Shown: piece after piece, positions 1-11,768 of the stretch
Position numbering within the stretch: position 1 is the first letter of the stretch
Layout of the letters: each line of letters starts with the position of its first letter
Assembly (NCBI GenBank): GCA_041390065.1
Contig: JAWKQQ010000024.1
Span: 5,901-69,900 of the forward strand
Source: Candidatus Krumholzibacteriia bacterium
Lineage (GTDB): Bacteria; Krumholzibacteriota; Krumholzibacteriia; LZORAL124-64-63
Length of the DNA: 64,000 nt
Direction: 5' to 3'
The notes under the pieces: generated by a model
Seen by the model: the letters and a program-made list of their open reading frames with translations, nothing else
The model's database searches: none
What the model was told of the DNA's origin: nothing
Position numbers and translations under genes: made by a program

Positions 1-534
1 ATCGTCCGCGTCGGGCCGGCGTCCGGCCAGGTACCACTCGACGGCCTCGGCGAGCGTGGCGACGCCGACCACCTCCACGCCGGGGACCAGACGCGCCTCC
101 CAGACCTGCTCGCGGGGCACCACGACCGTGGCCTCGCCCCGCGCCCGGGCGTCGAGCACGATGGCCAGCAGGCCGCGGACCGGCCTCACCTGACCGAACA
201 GGGAGAGCTCGCCCAGCAGGAACCCGCCGCGGCCGTCCCGGCGTCCGCGCCGGCGCCGTTCGGCGGCGATCACCGCGACGGCGATCGCGAGATCGTGGCC
301 GGCGCCCTCCTTGCGGATGTCGGCCGGCGCGAGGTTCACGGTGACCTTGCCCGCGGGCAGGCGGTAGCCGGAGTTGCGGATGGCTGCCAGCACCCGCTCG
401 CGACTCTCGCGCACCGCGGTGTTCGGCAACCCCACGAGGTGGAAGCCGGGCAGTCCGCGGACCAGGTCCACCTCCACGTGCACCGTGACGCCATCGAGCC
501 CCTGCAGGCCGCCGGTCCGGATCGTCGCCGTCAT
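1..534 (-). CDS. comM: Mg-chelatase-like ATPase YifB/ComM, N-terminal part; the gene runs off the left edge
   Basis: My own minus-strand translation from the ATG at 532-534 gives MTATIRTGGLQGLDGVTVHVEVDLVRGLPGFHLVGLPNTAVRESRERVLAAIRNSGYRLPAGKVTVNLAPADIRKEGAGHDLAIAVAVIAA... This is collinear with the E. coli YifB N-terminal domain (GLPG..VGLP, INLAPAD..KEG, DLPIA). It is absent from the ORF track because no stop lies inside the window. Confidence 0.85.
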   Translation of the reverse strand, partial: MTATIRTGGLQGLDGVTVHVEVDLVRGLPGFHLVGLPNTAVRESRERVLAAIRNSGYRLPAGKVTVNLAPADIRKEGAGHDLAIAVAVIAAERRRRGRRDGRGGFLLGELSLFGQVRPVRGLLAIVLDARARGEATVVVPREQVWEARLVPGVEVVGVATLAEAVEWYLAGRRPDADD

Positions 535-668
535 GCCGCCTCCTTCGCGGCGCGGCGGCTGCAAGGAGCAGACCAGCCCGCGAACCGCCCCTCAGGCGGC
601 CCGGCGGCCGGTTGCGTCCGACCCGGCCGTCAACCGCGAGCGACGCCGGCGGCCCCGCCGGCAACGGC

Positions 669-697
669 AAGGGGCTCCCCGGATCGGGGAGCCCCTT
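669..697 (-). terminator. GC hairpin downstream of the histone-fold gene
   Basis: aaggggctcccc-ggatc-ggggagcccctt forms a perfect 12-bp stem with a 5-nt loop, 57 nt past the stop at 754-756. There is no clear U-tract, which is common in high-GC genomes. Confidence 0.4.
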
Positions 698-753
698 GAA
701 AGTCTGCAGCGCAGGCCACGGACTCCGTCTCGGCGCCACGGAGGCGCGAGCGT

Positions 754-924
754 CTACAGGTCCTGGGGACGGACGGTCTTGCGGCCGTTGGCCAGGGCGC
801 GCTTCTCGGCATGGTGAATCAGGTCACGCACCTTCTTGTCCAGAGCGTCGTAGAACTCGCCGCTGACGTTGCATTCCTTGACGACTTCCTTGGTCTTGCT
901 CTTGCTGATGATCAGATCGGCCAT
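754..924 (-). CDS. Bacterial histone-fold protein (singlet, truncated alpha3), 56 aa
   Basis: The ORF is below the 60-aa track cutoff: MADLIISKSKTKEVVKECNVSGEFYDALDKKVRDLIHHAEKRALANGRKTVRPQDL. A GGAGG sits 7 nt upstream of the ATG. The pattern is short helix, loop, long helix, then ...ANGRKTVrpqDL, which matches the AGRKTIkaeDI L2/alpha3 signature of HMf-type histones and the Bdellovibrio Bd0055-type bacterial histones. Confidence 0.7.
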   Translation of the reverse strand: MADLIISKSKTKEVVKECNVSGEFYDALDKKVRDLIHHAEKRALANGRKTVRPQDL

Positions 925-1159
925 GGGGGTCCTCCCTCATGCTCGGGTTCCGAGTGGGGTCACCGCGACGAGGGCGACACGGCAACCTGCGATTGGCTCC
1001 ATCTCTTCGAATACGGGCACTGCAGGCTCGATGGCGGCCTTCAGCATGCCGGGACACAATCGTCTCGACACCGGGGACTGTCAAGCATTAGTTTGGATGC
1101 TCAACCGCCGCCAATCCGCGCTATTCTGGCCCTACGCGCCCGTTTCCAAGGAGTTGCCC

Positions 1160-2530
1160 ATGCCCACCCCGCCGGTCCTCGCCTACCTCTCCGAGCACCA
1201 ACCGCACCACCTCGACCAGCTCTGCGCATGGCTGCGCATCCCGTCCATCAGCTCCGAGCCGAGGTTCAAGGCGGACACCGCCCGGGCCAGCCGCCACATC
1301 GCCGATGAGTTGCGCGACCTCGGCCTCGCCGTCGAGACCTTCGACCTCGGCGGCCATCCCCTGGTCTACGCCGAGAGCGAGCAGCGACCGGATCGGCGCA
1401 CCCTGCTGTTCTACGGCCACTACGACGTGCAGCCGGTCGATCCGCTCGACCTCTGGAACAGCCCGCCGTTCGAGCCGGTGATCGAGGACGGCAAGATCTT
1501 CGCCCGCGGCGCGAGCGACGACAAGGGCCAGCTCTACTGCCACGTCAAGGCCGTCGAGGCCTACCTGAAACTCGGCCAGGACCTGCCGGTGAACGTGAAG
1601 TTCATCATCGAGGGCGAGGAGGAGTGCGGCGGCCACAGCATCTACGAGTTCACGGAGAAGAACCCCGAGAAGCTGGCTTGCGACGCGGTCGTGATCAGCG
1701 ACACGACCCTCTATAACGCCGAGACCCCGGCCGTCTGCTACTCGCTCAAGGGCCTCTGCTACATGGAGATCCGCCTGACCGGCCCCCGCATGGACCTGCA
1801 CTCGGGCAGCTACGGCGGCACCGTCAAGAACCCGGGCAACGCGATCGCCGAGATCATCGCCCGGCTCACGGACCAGGACGGCCGCTGCCTCGTGCCCGGC
1901 TTCTACGACGACGTCCTGGACCTCGACCGGGACGAACGCGAGGCCTTCGCCTCCCTCGGCTACACCGACGAGATCCTGCGGCAGGAAACCGGCGCGCCCG
2001 CCGCCTTCGGCGAGGCGGGCTACACCACCCTTGAGCGCATGTGGGCCCGACCCACCTGCGACGTCAACGGGATCGCCAGCGGCTACGGCGGCGACGGCGC
2101 CAAGACCATCGTTCCGAGCAAGGCGGTGGCCAAGGTGAGCATGCGCCTGGTGCCCAACCAGGACCCGCAGAAGGTCGCAGCCGCCTTCACCGCCTACGTC
2201 AAGGCGATCTGCCCGCCCGGCATCCAGTGCGAGGTCAGCAACCTGCACAACGCCGGCGCGGTGCTCGTTCCCCGCGACAGCGACCTCATGCAGGCGGGCA
2301 TGCGGGCCCTGGAGGCGGGCTTCGGCGCCCGGCCGGTGTTCATCCGCGAGGGCGGCTCGATCCCCATCGTCGGCACCTTCCAGAGCTGCCTGAAGGCGCC
2401 CGTGCTGCTGCTGGGCTACGGCCTGTCGACCGACAACATCCACAGCCCCAACGAGAGCTTCCACGTGGCCAACTTCACCAACGGCTGCCGGACCTCGGCC
2501 TTGCTGCTGGAGGAGGCCGCGCGAACCTAG
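1160..2530 (+). CDS. M20-family dipeptidase/metallopeptidase (ArgE/DapE/CPG2-like)
   Basis: The start was chosen at the ATG at 1160, preceded by AAGGAG at 1148-1153; the track ORF begins further upstream at 869. Motifs are LLFYGHYDVQP, ARGASDDKGQ, IIEGEEECGG and STDNIHSPNE, which fit the M20 metal-ligand and dimerisation-domain pattern. Confidence 0.85.
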   Translation: MPTPPVLAYLSEHQPHHLDQLCAWLRIPSISSEPRFKADTARASRHIADELRDLGLAVETFDLGGHPLVYAESEQRPDRRTLLFYGHYDVQPVDPLDLWNSPPFEPVIEDGKIFARGASDDKGQLYCHVKAVEAYLKLGQDLPVNVKFIIEGEEECGGHSIYEFTEKNPEKLACDAVVISDTTLYNAETPAVCYSLKGLCYMEIRLTGPRMDLHSGSYGGTVKNPGNAIAEIIARLTDQDGRCLVPGFYDDVLDLDRDEREAFASLGYTDEILRQETGAPAAFGEAGYTTLERMWARPTCDVNGIASGYGGDGAKTIVPSKAVAKVSMRLVPNQDPQKVAAAFTAYVKAICPPGIQCEVSNLHNAGAVLVPRDSDLMQAGMRALEAGFGARPVFIREGGSIPIVGTFQSCLKAPVLLLGYGLSTDNIHSPNESFHVANFTNGCRTSALLLEEAART

Positions 2531-2537
2531 GAATCGG

Positions 2538-2565
2538 GGGCGCGGCGCGCGTCGGCGCCGCGCCC
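2538..2565 (+). terminator. GC hairpin after the M20 gene
   Basis: gggcgcggcgc-gcgtcg-gcgccgcgccc forms an 11-bp stem starting 8 nt after the stop. There is no U-tract. Confidence 0.35.
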
Positions 2566-2580
2566 GCCGGAGCCCGCCGT

Positions 2581-2609
2581 TTGACAGGACCGGCTCGCGG
2601 GGATAATTT
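2581..2609 (+). promoter_or_regulatory. Sigma70-type promoter for tRNA-Glu
   Basis: A consensus TTGACA lies at 2581-2586, followed by a 17-nt spacer and TAATTT at 2604-2609 (overlapping gATAAT). The predicted start falls a few nt before the tRNA 5' end at 2623. Confidence 0.5.
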
Positions 2610-2622
2610 GGCCCCCCACGGC

Positions 2623-2697
2623 GTCCCCTTCGTCTAGTGGTCAGGACACCGCCCTTTCACGGCGGCAGCACGGGTTCGAACCCCGTAGGGGACGCCA
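2623..2697 (+). tRNA. tRNA-Glu (anticodon UUC), CCA encoded
   Basis: I folded the cloverleaf by hand. The acceptor pairs gtcccct with aggggac, the anticodon stem pairs ccgcc with ggcgg around loop cTTTCAc, and the T arm is acggg-ttcgaac-cccgt. The discriminator is g, followed by cca. The sequence is near-identical in layout to the canonical bacterial tRNA-Glu. Confidence 0.92.
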
Positions 2698-2781
2698 CCT
2701 CTGCTCTGGCCACCGCGCCCCCCTCCCCGTACCATGGCCGGGTTCCCACGACCCAGGCGCTCCCATGCCCGGAGGTCCTCC

Positions 2782-4200
2782 GTGTCCCGAGCCGATCAGG
2801 TCCTCGACCAGGCCCAGGTCGCCGCCCGCGAGTTCCGCGAACTGGACCAGGCGGCCACCGACCGCATCGTGCACGCCGTATACCTGCGCGCCCTCGACGC
2901 CCGGGTCGAGCTGGCGAAGATGGCCGTGGACGAGACCGGCCTGGGCGTCTGGCAGGACAAGGTGATCAAGAACCTCATCGCCACGCAGCTGGTGTACGAG
3001 GACATCCGGCGGCAACGCACGGTGGGCGTGATCAGCGACGAGTCGTGCGGCGGCATCGTCGAGGTGGCCCGCCCCATGGGACCGGTGCTCGCCTTCGTGC
3101 CCGTGACCAACCCCAGCTCCACGACGATCTTCAAGATCCTGATCGCCCTGAAGACCCGCAATCCGCTCATCGTCAGCCCGCCCAGGGCCGCGCGCCGGAC
3201 CTGCACCGCCGCGGCCGCGCTGTGCGCCGAGGCCGCCGTGGCCGCCGGCGCTCCCGAGCACGCCATCCAGTGGTTGGCCAAGCCCACTCCGCGGGCCGTC
3301 GACGAGCTGATGCGGGATCCCCGCCTGGCCGTGATCCTGGCCACCGGCACGTCGAACCTGGTGCAGAAGGCGCTGCAGACAGGCCGGCCGGTGCTGGGAG
3401 TCGGTCCGGGGAACGTACCGGTGTATATCGGAGGGTCGGCCGACGTGCATTTCGCCGTCCACGGCATCATGGAGTCCAAGCTCCTGGACAACGGCACGGT
3501 GTGCGCGAGCGAGCAGGCCGTCGTCGTCAAGGGCTCTATGCTGGACCCGGTGCTGGCGGAGTTCGCCGCCCACGGCGCCTATCTGCTGACCGCCGACGAG
3601 GCCGCCGCGGTGGGCCGCCTGGCGTTCGATGCCGAACGCGGGACCATGGCCGCGGCGGTGGTGGGGCAGCCCGCGGCCCGCATCGCCCAGGAGGCCGGCG
3701 TGTCCGTGCCGCCCGGAACCCGGCTGCTGCTCGCGCGCCTCGACGGGGTCGGCCCGGCCTATCCGCTCTCGGCGGAGATCCTCGCCCCCATCCTCGGCCT
3801 CTACGTCGAGGACGATTTCGACGCCGCCATCGCGCGCTGCTCGGAGATCACCCGCTACGGCGGCACCGGCCACACGGCCGTCATCTACTCCAACAATGAC
3901 GAGCGGATCGAGTACTTCAGCCGGGTGGTGGACGCCGGCCGCATCCTGGTCAACGTGCCGGCCACGCAGGGAGCCCTGGGAGGCATGGTGACGGGGCTCG
4001 AGCCGTCCTTCATGCTCTCCTGCGGCCCCGGCGGCGGCAACGTCACCATGGACAACATCACGGCCCGACACCTGCTGAACATCCATCGGGTCGCAAGGCG
4101 GCAGCCCAATCCGCGCTGGCACGCGCTGCCGCGCGAGGCGCTGCTGGATCCGGAGGTGAGCGGCGAGGACCTCGCACGCCTCTACCGCGCGAACTTCTGA
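2782..4200 (+). CDS. Acetylating (CoA-dependent) aldehyde dehydrogenase, AdhE-N/EutE/PduP-like
   Basis: The start was chosen at the GTG at 2782, with a GGAGG 6 nt upstream; the track ORF starts at 2734. Motifs are AVDETGLGVWQDKVIKN, PVTNPSST, GPGNVP and the catalytic-Cys context DNGTVCASEQ. Confidence 0.8.
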   Translation: MSRADQVLDQAQVAAREFRELDQAATDRIVHAVYLRALDARVELAKMAVDETGLGVWQDKVIKNLIATQLVYEDIRRQRTVGVISDESCGGIVEVARPMGPVLAFVPVTNPSSTTIFKILIALKTRNPLIVSPPRAARRTCTAAAALCAEAAVAAGAPEHAIQWLAKPTPRAVDELMRDPRLAVILATGTSNLVQKALQTGRPVLGVGPGNVPVYIGGSADVHFAVHGIMESKLLDNGTVCASEQAVVVKGSMLDPVLAEFAAHGAYLLTADEAAAVGRLAFDAERGTMAAAVVGQPAARIAQEAGVSVPPGTRLLLARLDGVGPAYPLSAEILAPILGLYVEDDFDAAIARCSEITRYGGTGHTAVIYSNNDERIEYFSRVVDAGRILVNVPATQGALGGMVTGLEPSFMLSCGPGGGNVTMDNITARHLLNIHRVARRQPNPRWHALPREALLDPEVSGEDLARLYRANF

Positions 4201-4207
4201 GACGGGC

Positions 4208-8188
<3,981 letters not shown>

Positions 8189-8417
8189 GGGCGAGACCTC
8201 GGATCCGGGGCGAAACTGGTCGGTCCCGTTGATCATCGGCCGGATCCGCCCCCGACTTGACCCCCTTCGGTCGTACCCGCGAACTTGTCGATGAGCCTCA
8301 CGGCGCCCCGACCGGCCCACCTGCACGGCCAACTTGCGATCGCGCAAATGGTTACGCTCTCTCCGGGGCGTTTCCCCTCAGGTGAGCAGAACTCCCGCCG
8401 TCGCCCCCGGGGAGCCG

Positions 8418-9116
8418 TCAGCGGAGGTCGAAGAGCAGGAGTTCGGCGTCCGCGAGCCCGGTCAACGTGAGCCCGAGCTCGTCGGCCACCGCCACGCCAT
8501 CGCCGGCCTCGAGGTCGAGCTGATCCAGACGGGCCCGACCGCGCGCCACCTGGAGCCAGGCTCGCCGCCCCTTCGCCAGGTCGTAGGTCACCTGCTCGTC
8601 CGCGGCCAGCCGGACCGCGTGGAGCCGGGTGTCCTGATGGATGCGCAGCGACCCGTCCGCGCCGTCGGGGGTGGCGATCGCCTGCCAGCGACCTTGGCGC
8701 GCGGCCGGGTCGAAATGCCGTTCCTCGTAGCCCGGGTCGAGGCCGACCGCGGCCGGCAGGATCCAGATCTGCAGGAGGTGCAGCGGATGGTCGGGACTCG
8801 GGTTGAACTCGCTGTGGGTGATGCCGCGGCCGGCGGTCATGCGCTGGACGTCGCCGTAGCGGAGGACCGACCCGGTGCCTAGGCTGTCCCGGTGTTCGAG
8901 GGCTCCGTCGAGGACGTACGTGATGATCTCCATGTCCCGGTGCGGATGGGTGCCGAATCCCTGGCCGGCCGCCACCCGATCGTCGTTGATGACCCGGAGA
9001 TCGCTGAAGCCCATGTGGGCGGGGTCACGGTACTGTCCGAAGGAGAACGTGTGCCAGGTCTGCAGCCAGCCGTGATCGGCATGGCCGCGCTGGTCGGCCG
9101 GACGCAACGTCTTCAT
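8418..9116 (-). CDS. Pirin-family (cupin) protein
   Basis: The sequence RGHADHGWLQTWHTFSFGQY...GFGTHPHRDMEIITYVLDGALEHRDSLG...QRMTAGRGITHSE is the canonical pirin/YhhW N-terminal cupin signature. Confidence 0.9.
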   Translation of the reverse strand: MKTLRPADQRGHADHGWLQTWHTFSFGQYRDPAHMGFSDLRVINDDRVAAGQGFGTHPHRDMEIITYVLDGALEHRDSLGTGSVLRYGDVQRMTAGRGITHSEFNPSPDHPLHLLQIWILPAAVGLDPGYEERHFDPAARQGRWQAIATPDGADGSLRIHQDTRLHAVRLAADEQVTYDLAKGRRAWLQVARGRARLDQLDLEAGDGVAVADELGLTLTGLADAELLLFDLR

Positions 9117-9163
9117 GGTGTGCCGTCCTTTTCGTTGGGGAAACCGGTCGTCTTCGCTCGTAT

Positions 9164-9192
9164 TATATATGTTTAAACAGTTAATGTCGCAA
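9164..9192 (-). promoter_or_regulatory. Candidate promoter for the pirin gene in an AT-rich island
   Basis: Read on the minus strand, the site is TTGCGA (plus-strand coordinates 9187-9192), a 17-nt spacer, then TATATA (9164-9169), overlapping TATAAT. It lies about 45 nt upstream of the pirin ATG, in the only AT-rich stretch of this intergenic region. Confidence 0.35.
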
Positions 9193-9274
9193 CAATGAAA
9201 AGCCGTACTTGCCCGGCCGCCACCGCGGAGCCATCATGGCGCCCGCCATCCTCCCCCGGACCTCGCGAGGCGTC

Positions 9275-10195
9275 ATGTCCGACCCGCAACGTGCCCGCAC
9301 CGGCGTCGCCTTCGGCCTGGCCGCCTACCTCTGGTGGGGGCTCTGCCCCATCTATTTCAAGGCCGTCGCCCAGGTGCCGCCGCTCGAAGTGCTCGCGCAC
9401 CGGATCGTCTGGTCGTTGCTGCTGCTGTCGCTCCTGATGTGGCGTCGGGGCCGGCTCGGTGAGCTTCGGCAGGCCGTGGCCACGCCGCGGGTCCTGCTCG
9501 CCCTGGCCGCCTCGACCGTGCTGGTGGCGGTCAACTGGTTCGTCTTCATCTGGAGCGTGAGCCACGCCCAGCTCCTGCAGGCCAGCCTCGGCTACTTCAT
9601 CAATCCGCTGATGAACGTGGTGCTGGGACTGATCGTGCTGCGCGAGCGGCTCCGGCCGTGGCAGTGGGTGAGCCTCGGTCTGGCCACCATCGGCGTGGTG
9701 CTCCTGGGCCTGCGCCTCGGCCAGCCGCCGGTGATCAGCCTGGTGCTGGCCCTCTCCTTCAGCCTGTACGGATTGATCCGCAAGACCGCGGCCGTCGGAG
9801 CCACGGCGGGCCTGACGATCGAGACCGCCCTGCTCGCGCCGGTCGCGCTGGCCGCGCTGCTGATCTGGCAGGCGCAACGGACCCTCGTGTTCGGCCACGT
9901 CGGCCGGGCGACCGACGGCTTGCTGATGCTCAGCGGGGTGGTGACGGCGTTGCCTCTGGTGTGGTTCGCGGCGGGTGCCCGCAGACTCCGCTACGCCACC
10001 ATGGGGTTCCTGCAGTACGTGGCGCCGACGGGCCAGTTCCTGCTCGCCGTCCTCGCCTATCAGGAGGTCTTCAGCCGCGAGAAGCTGCTGAGCTTCGGTC
10101 TCATCTGGCTGGCCCTGGCCATCTACACCGCGGACACCGCACGAGCTCTACGCCGCGATCGCCGCGCCGCGCTCGCTCAATCGCGGGGCAGTTGA
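9275..10195 (+). CDS. rarD: EamA/DMT-family transporter RarD
   Basis: The start was chosen at MSDPQRARTGVAFGLAAYLWWGLCPIYFK. The profile fits ten TM helices and two EamA repeats, and the LWG..P.YFK motif is typical of RarD. Confidence 0.75.
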   Translation: MSDPQRARTGVAFGLAAYLWWGLCPIYFKAVAQVPPLEVLAHRIVWSLLLLSLLMWRRGRLGELRQAVATPRVLLALAASTVLVAVNWFVFIWSVSHAQLLQASLGYFINPLMNVVLGLIVLRERLRPWQWVSLGLATIGVVLLGLRLGQPPVISLVLALSFSLYGLIRKTAAVGATAGLTIETALLAPVALAALLIWQAQRTLVFGHVGRATDGLLMLSGVVTALPLVWFAAGARRLRYATMGFLQYVAPTGQFLLAVLAYQEVFSREKLLSFGLIWLALAIYTADTARALRRDRRAALAQSRGS

Positions 10196-10509
10196 TCCAC
10201 CTTGGCCGCGAGGATGAAGTCGGCCTCGGCCAGGCCATCGATCTTGTGGGTCCAGATCTCCACCTCCACCCGACCCCACGTGAAGGTGATGTTGGGATGG
10301 TGCCCCTCGGCCTCGGCCACCTCGCCGATGCGATTGACGAACACCAGGGCGCCGGCGAAATCGTCGAACGCGAACACCCGGCGCAGGTGGTGGCCGAGGA
10401 TCACGTCCCAGTCGGGCACCTGCCGCCGGAGGTCCTGAACCTCGTCGGCCGTCAGGCGCGGGACGCCGCCGCTGCAGGGGATGCATTTCTTTCGCGCGAG
10501 CTCGGACAT
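10177..10509 (-). CDS. 4a-hydroxytetrahydrobiopterin (pterin-4a-carbinolamine) dehydratase
   Basis: This is the 110-aa C-terminal part of track ORF 10177..11598, starting at MSELARKKCIPCSGG. The motif EAEGHHPNITFTWGRVEVEIWTHKIDGL is the PCD/DCoH signature (HHP...W.TH). Confidence 0.85.
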   Translation of the reverse strand: MSELARKKCIPCSGGVPRLTADEVQDLRRQVPDWDVILGHHLRRVFAFDDFAGALVFVNRIGEVAEAEGHHPNITFTWGRVEVEIWTHKIDGLAEADFILAAKVDQLPRD

Positions 10510-10538
10510 GTCGGTCGGCCCTTCGTCCAGGTTGTGGG

Positions 10539-10970
10539 TCAGCCGGTCGCGGCGTCGGCCCGGGTGTCGAACAGACGGTCGAGCTGGGCGGCCACCTGCT
10601 CGGCCGAGTGGCCCTCGATGCCCGACCGCGGCACATGCCCCTTGAGCTCGCCGCCGTCGAGTACGTAGAAGCTCGGGCTGCTGGGCGCGACCGCCCCGAA
10701 GTGCTCGCGGAGCCGGGACGTGGCCTCGGGGTCCTGGCCGGCGAATACGGTCGCCCGCCGAGCCGGACAGCGCGGGTTGCGGGTCGCCAGGAAGAGGGCG
10801 GGCCGCGCGTTGCCGGCCGCGCAGCCGCAGACCGAGTTGACGAACACGAGCGCGGGGCCGTCGGCGGCGGCCAGGAAGGCGTCGACCGCCTCGGGAGTGC
10901 GGAGTTCCTCCACGCCCAGACGGGTCACCTCGTCGCGCATGGGCTGGACCATCAGCGGGGAATAGGCCAT
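10539..10970 (-). CDS. Bacilliredoxin-family (BrxA/BrxB, YphP/YqiW, DUF1094) thiol-disulfide oxidoreductase
   Basis: The sequence reads MAYSPLMVQPMRDEVTRLGVEELRTPEAVDAFL...LVFVNSVCGCAAGNARP...SSPSFYVL. The CGC redox motif sits in the expected thioredoxin-fold context. Confidence 0.7.
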   Translation of the reverse strand: MAYSPLMVQPMRDEVTRLGVEELRTPEAVDAFLAAADGPALVFVNSVCGCAAGNARPALFLATRNPRCPARRATVFAGQDPEATSRLREHFGAVAPSSPSFYVLDGGELKGHVPRSGIEGHSAEQVAAQLDRLFDTRADAATG

Positions 10971-11111
10971 CGTGAGCTCTCCTGGGTCCTGGCGCCGCCC
11001 CTGCGACGTCCGACCCGGTGGCGGGTTGGTGCGTGAACTCTACACGACCTCTCAGGTCAAGTATTCGCCTCCAAACATAACAACGTTGGCACCAGGCGCA
11101 AGCCTCCCGGC

Positions 11112-11768
11112 TCATTCGGGCACCCGGATCTGATCGGGCCCGAATTCCCCATACATGGCTGCTTCGCGCCGTTTCAGGTCCACGTAGGCCCGGGCCTTGG
11201 CGAGGGCCGCGAATATCCCGGCGACGTCGTTGCGGGCCAGGCGCTGCTCGGACACCAGCTGCCACAGGCGGGCCTCCACGACGCTGTCGGGCTCGGCGAT
11301 GATCCGCTCCACGGTGGCGCCCGCCCCCCAGAGTTCGCGCAGCGGGGTCATGAACAGGGTGTCGGCCGCCGCCGGCAGTCCGCGTCCGAGGTCCGCGTCG
11401 ACCCGCAGGGTCCAGGCTTGCGTCCACCAGCGGGCGTCCGGCGGCGGGGGCTCCGGATCGCCCCGCGGAGGATCCTCGACGGCCACGATCACCGGCGGCG
11501 GAGGCGCCACGTCGAGTTCCAGGAGCACGAGGGGCGGCGGCACCGCGCGCGCTTCCTGGCGCGCCCGCAGGCGGCCGCTCGGCCAGAGCGCGTCCCACCA
11601 GCGCGCCGGCATGAGCCCGAGCGCCACGAGGACCAGGCCGGCGAGCGCCCAGCTCACCGGCCAGATCCAGCGGACACGTTCGCGGCGAACGGGCAAGGCC
11701 ATGACCACCGCATACGCCCGGCGCGCCGGGCGGTTCCGGAGGGATTCAGAGGCGGGGTTCCAGATCAC
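11112..11768 (-). CDS. Hypothetical membrane-anchored protein, Pro-rich linker
   Basis: The gene has ORF support only, with one TM (WIWPVSWALAGLVLVALGL) and no recognisable domain. It overlaps the birA-like stop by 23 nt; an alternative start (MALPVRR) at 11702 removes the overlap. Confidence 0.4.
   Translation of the reverse strand: MIWNPASESLRNRPARRAYAVVMALPVRRERVRWIWPVSWALAGLVLVALGLMPARWWDALWPSGRLRARQEARAVPPPLVLLELDVAPPPPVIVAVEDPPRGDPEPPPPDARWWTQAWTLRVDADLGRGLPAAADTLFMTPLRELWGAGATVERIIAEPDSVVEARLWQLVSEQRLARNDVAGIFAALAKARAYVDLKRREAAMYGEFGPDQIRVPE

Noticed and set aside
869-1159. N-terminal 97-aa extension of the M20 peptidase ORF.
   Set aside because: Family similarity begins at MPTPPVLAYL, and an AAGGAG lies 6 nt upstream of that ATG. 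The extension would also run through the divergent histone promoter region.
8189-8417. The gap between the pirin gene and the hybrid kinase start, including the gcgatcgc palindrome and small ORFs 8285..8470 and 8334..8882.
   Set aside because: The palindrome is only 8 bp. The ORFs are plus-strand shadows overlapping the pirin gene and have no motifs. The region is most simply the kinase promoter and 5' UTR.
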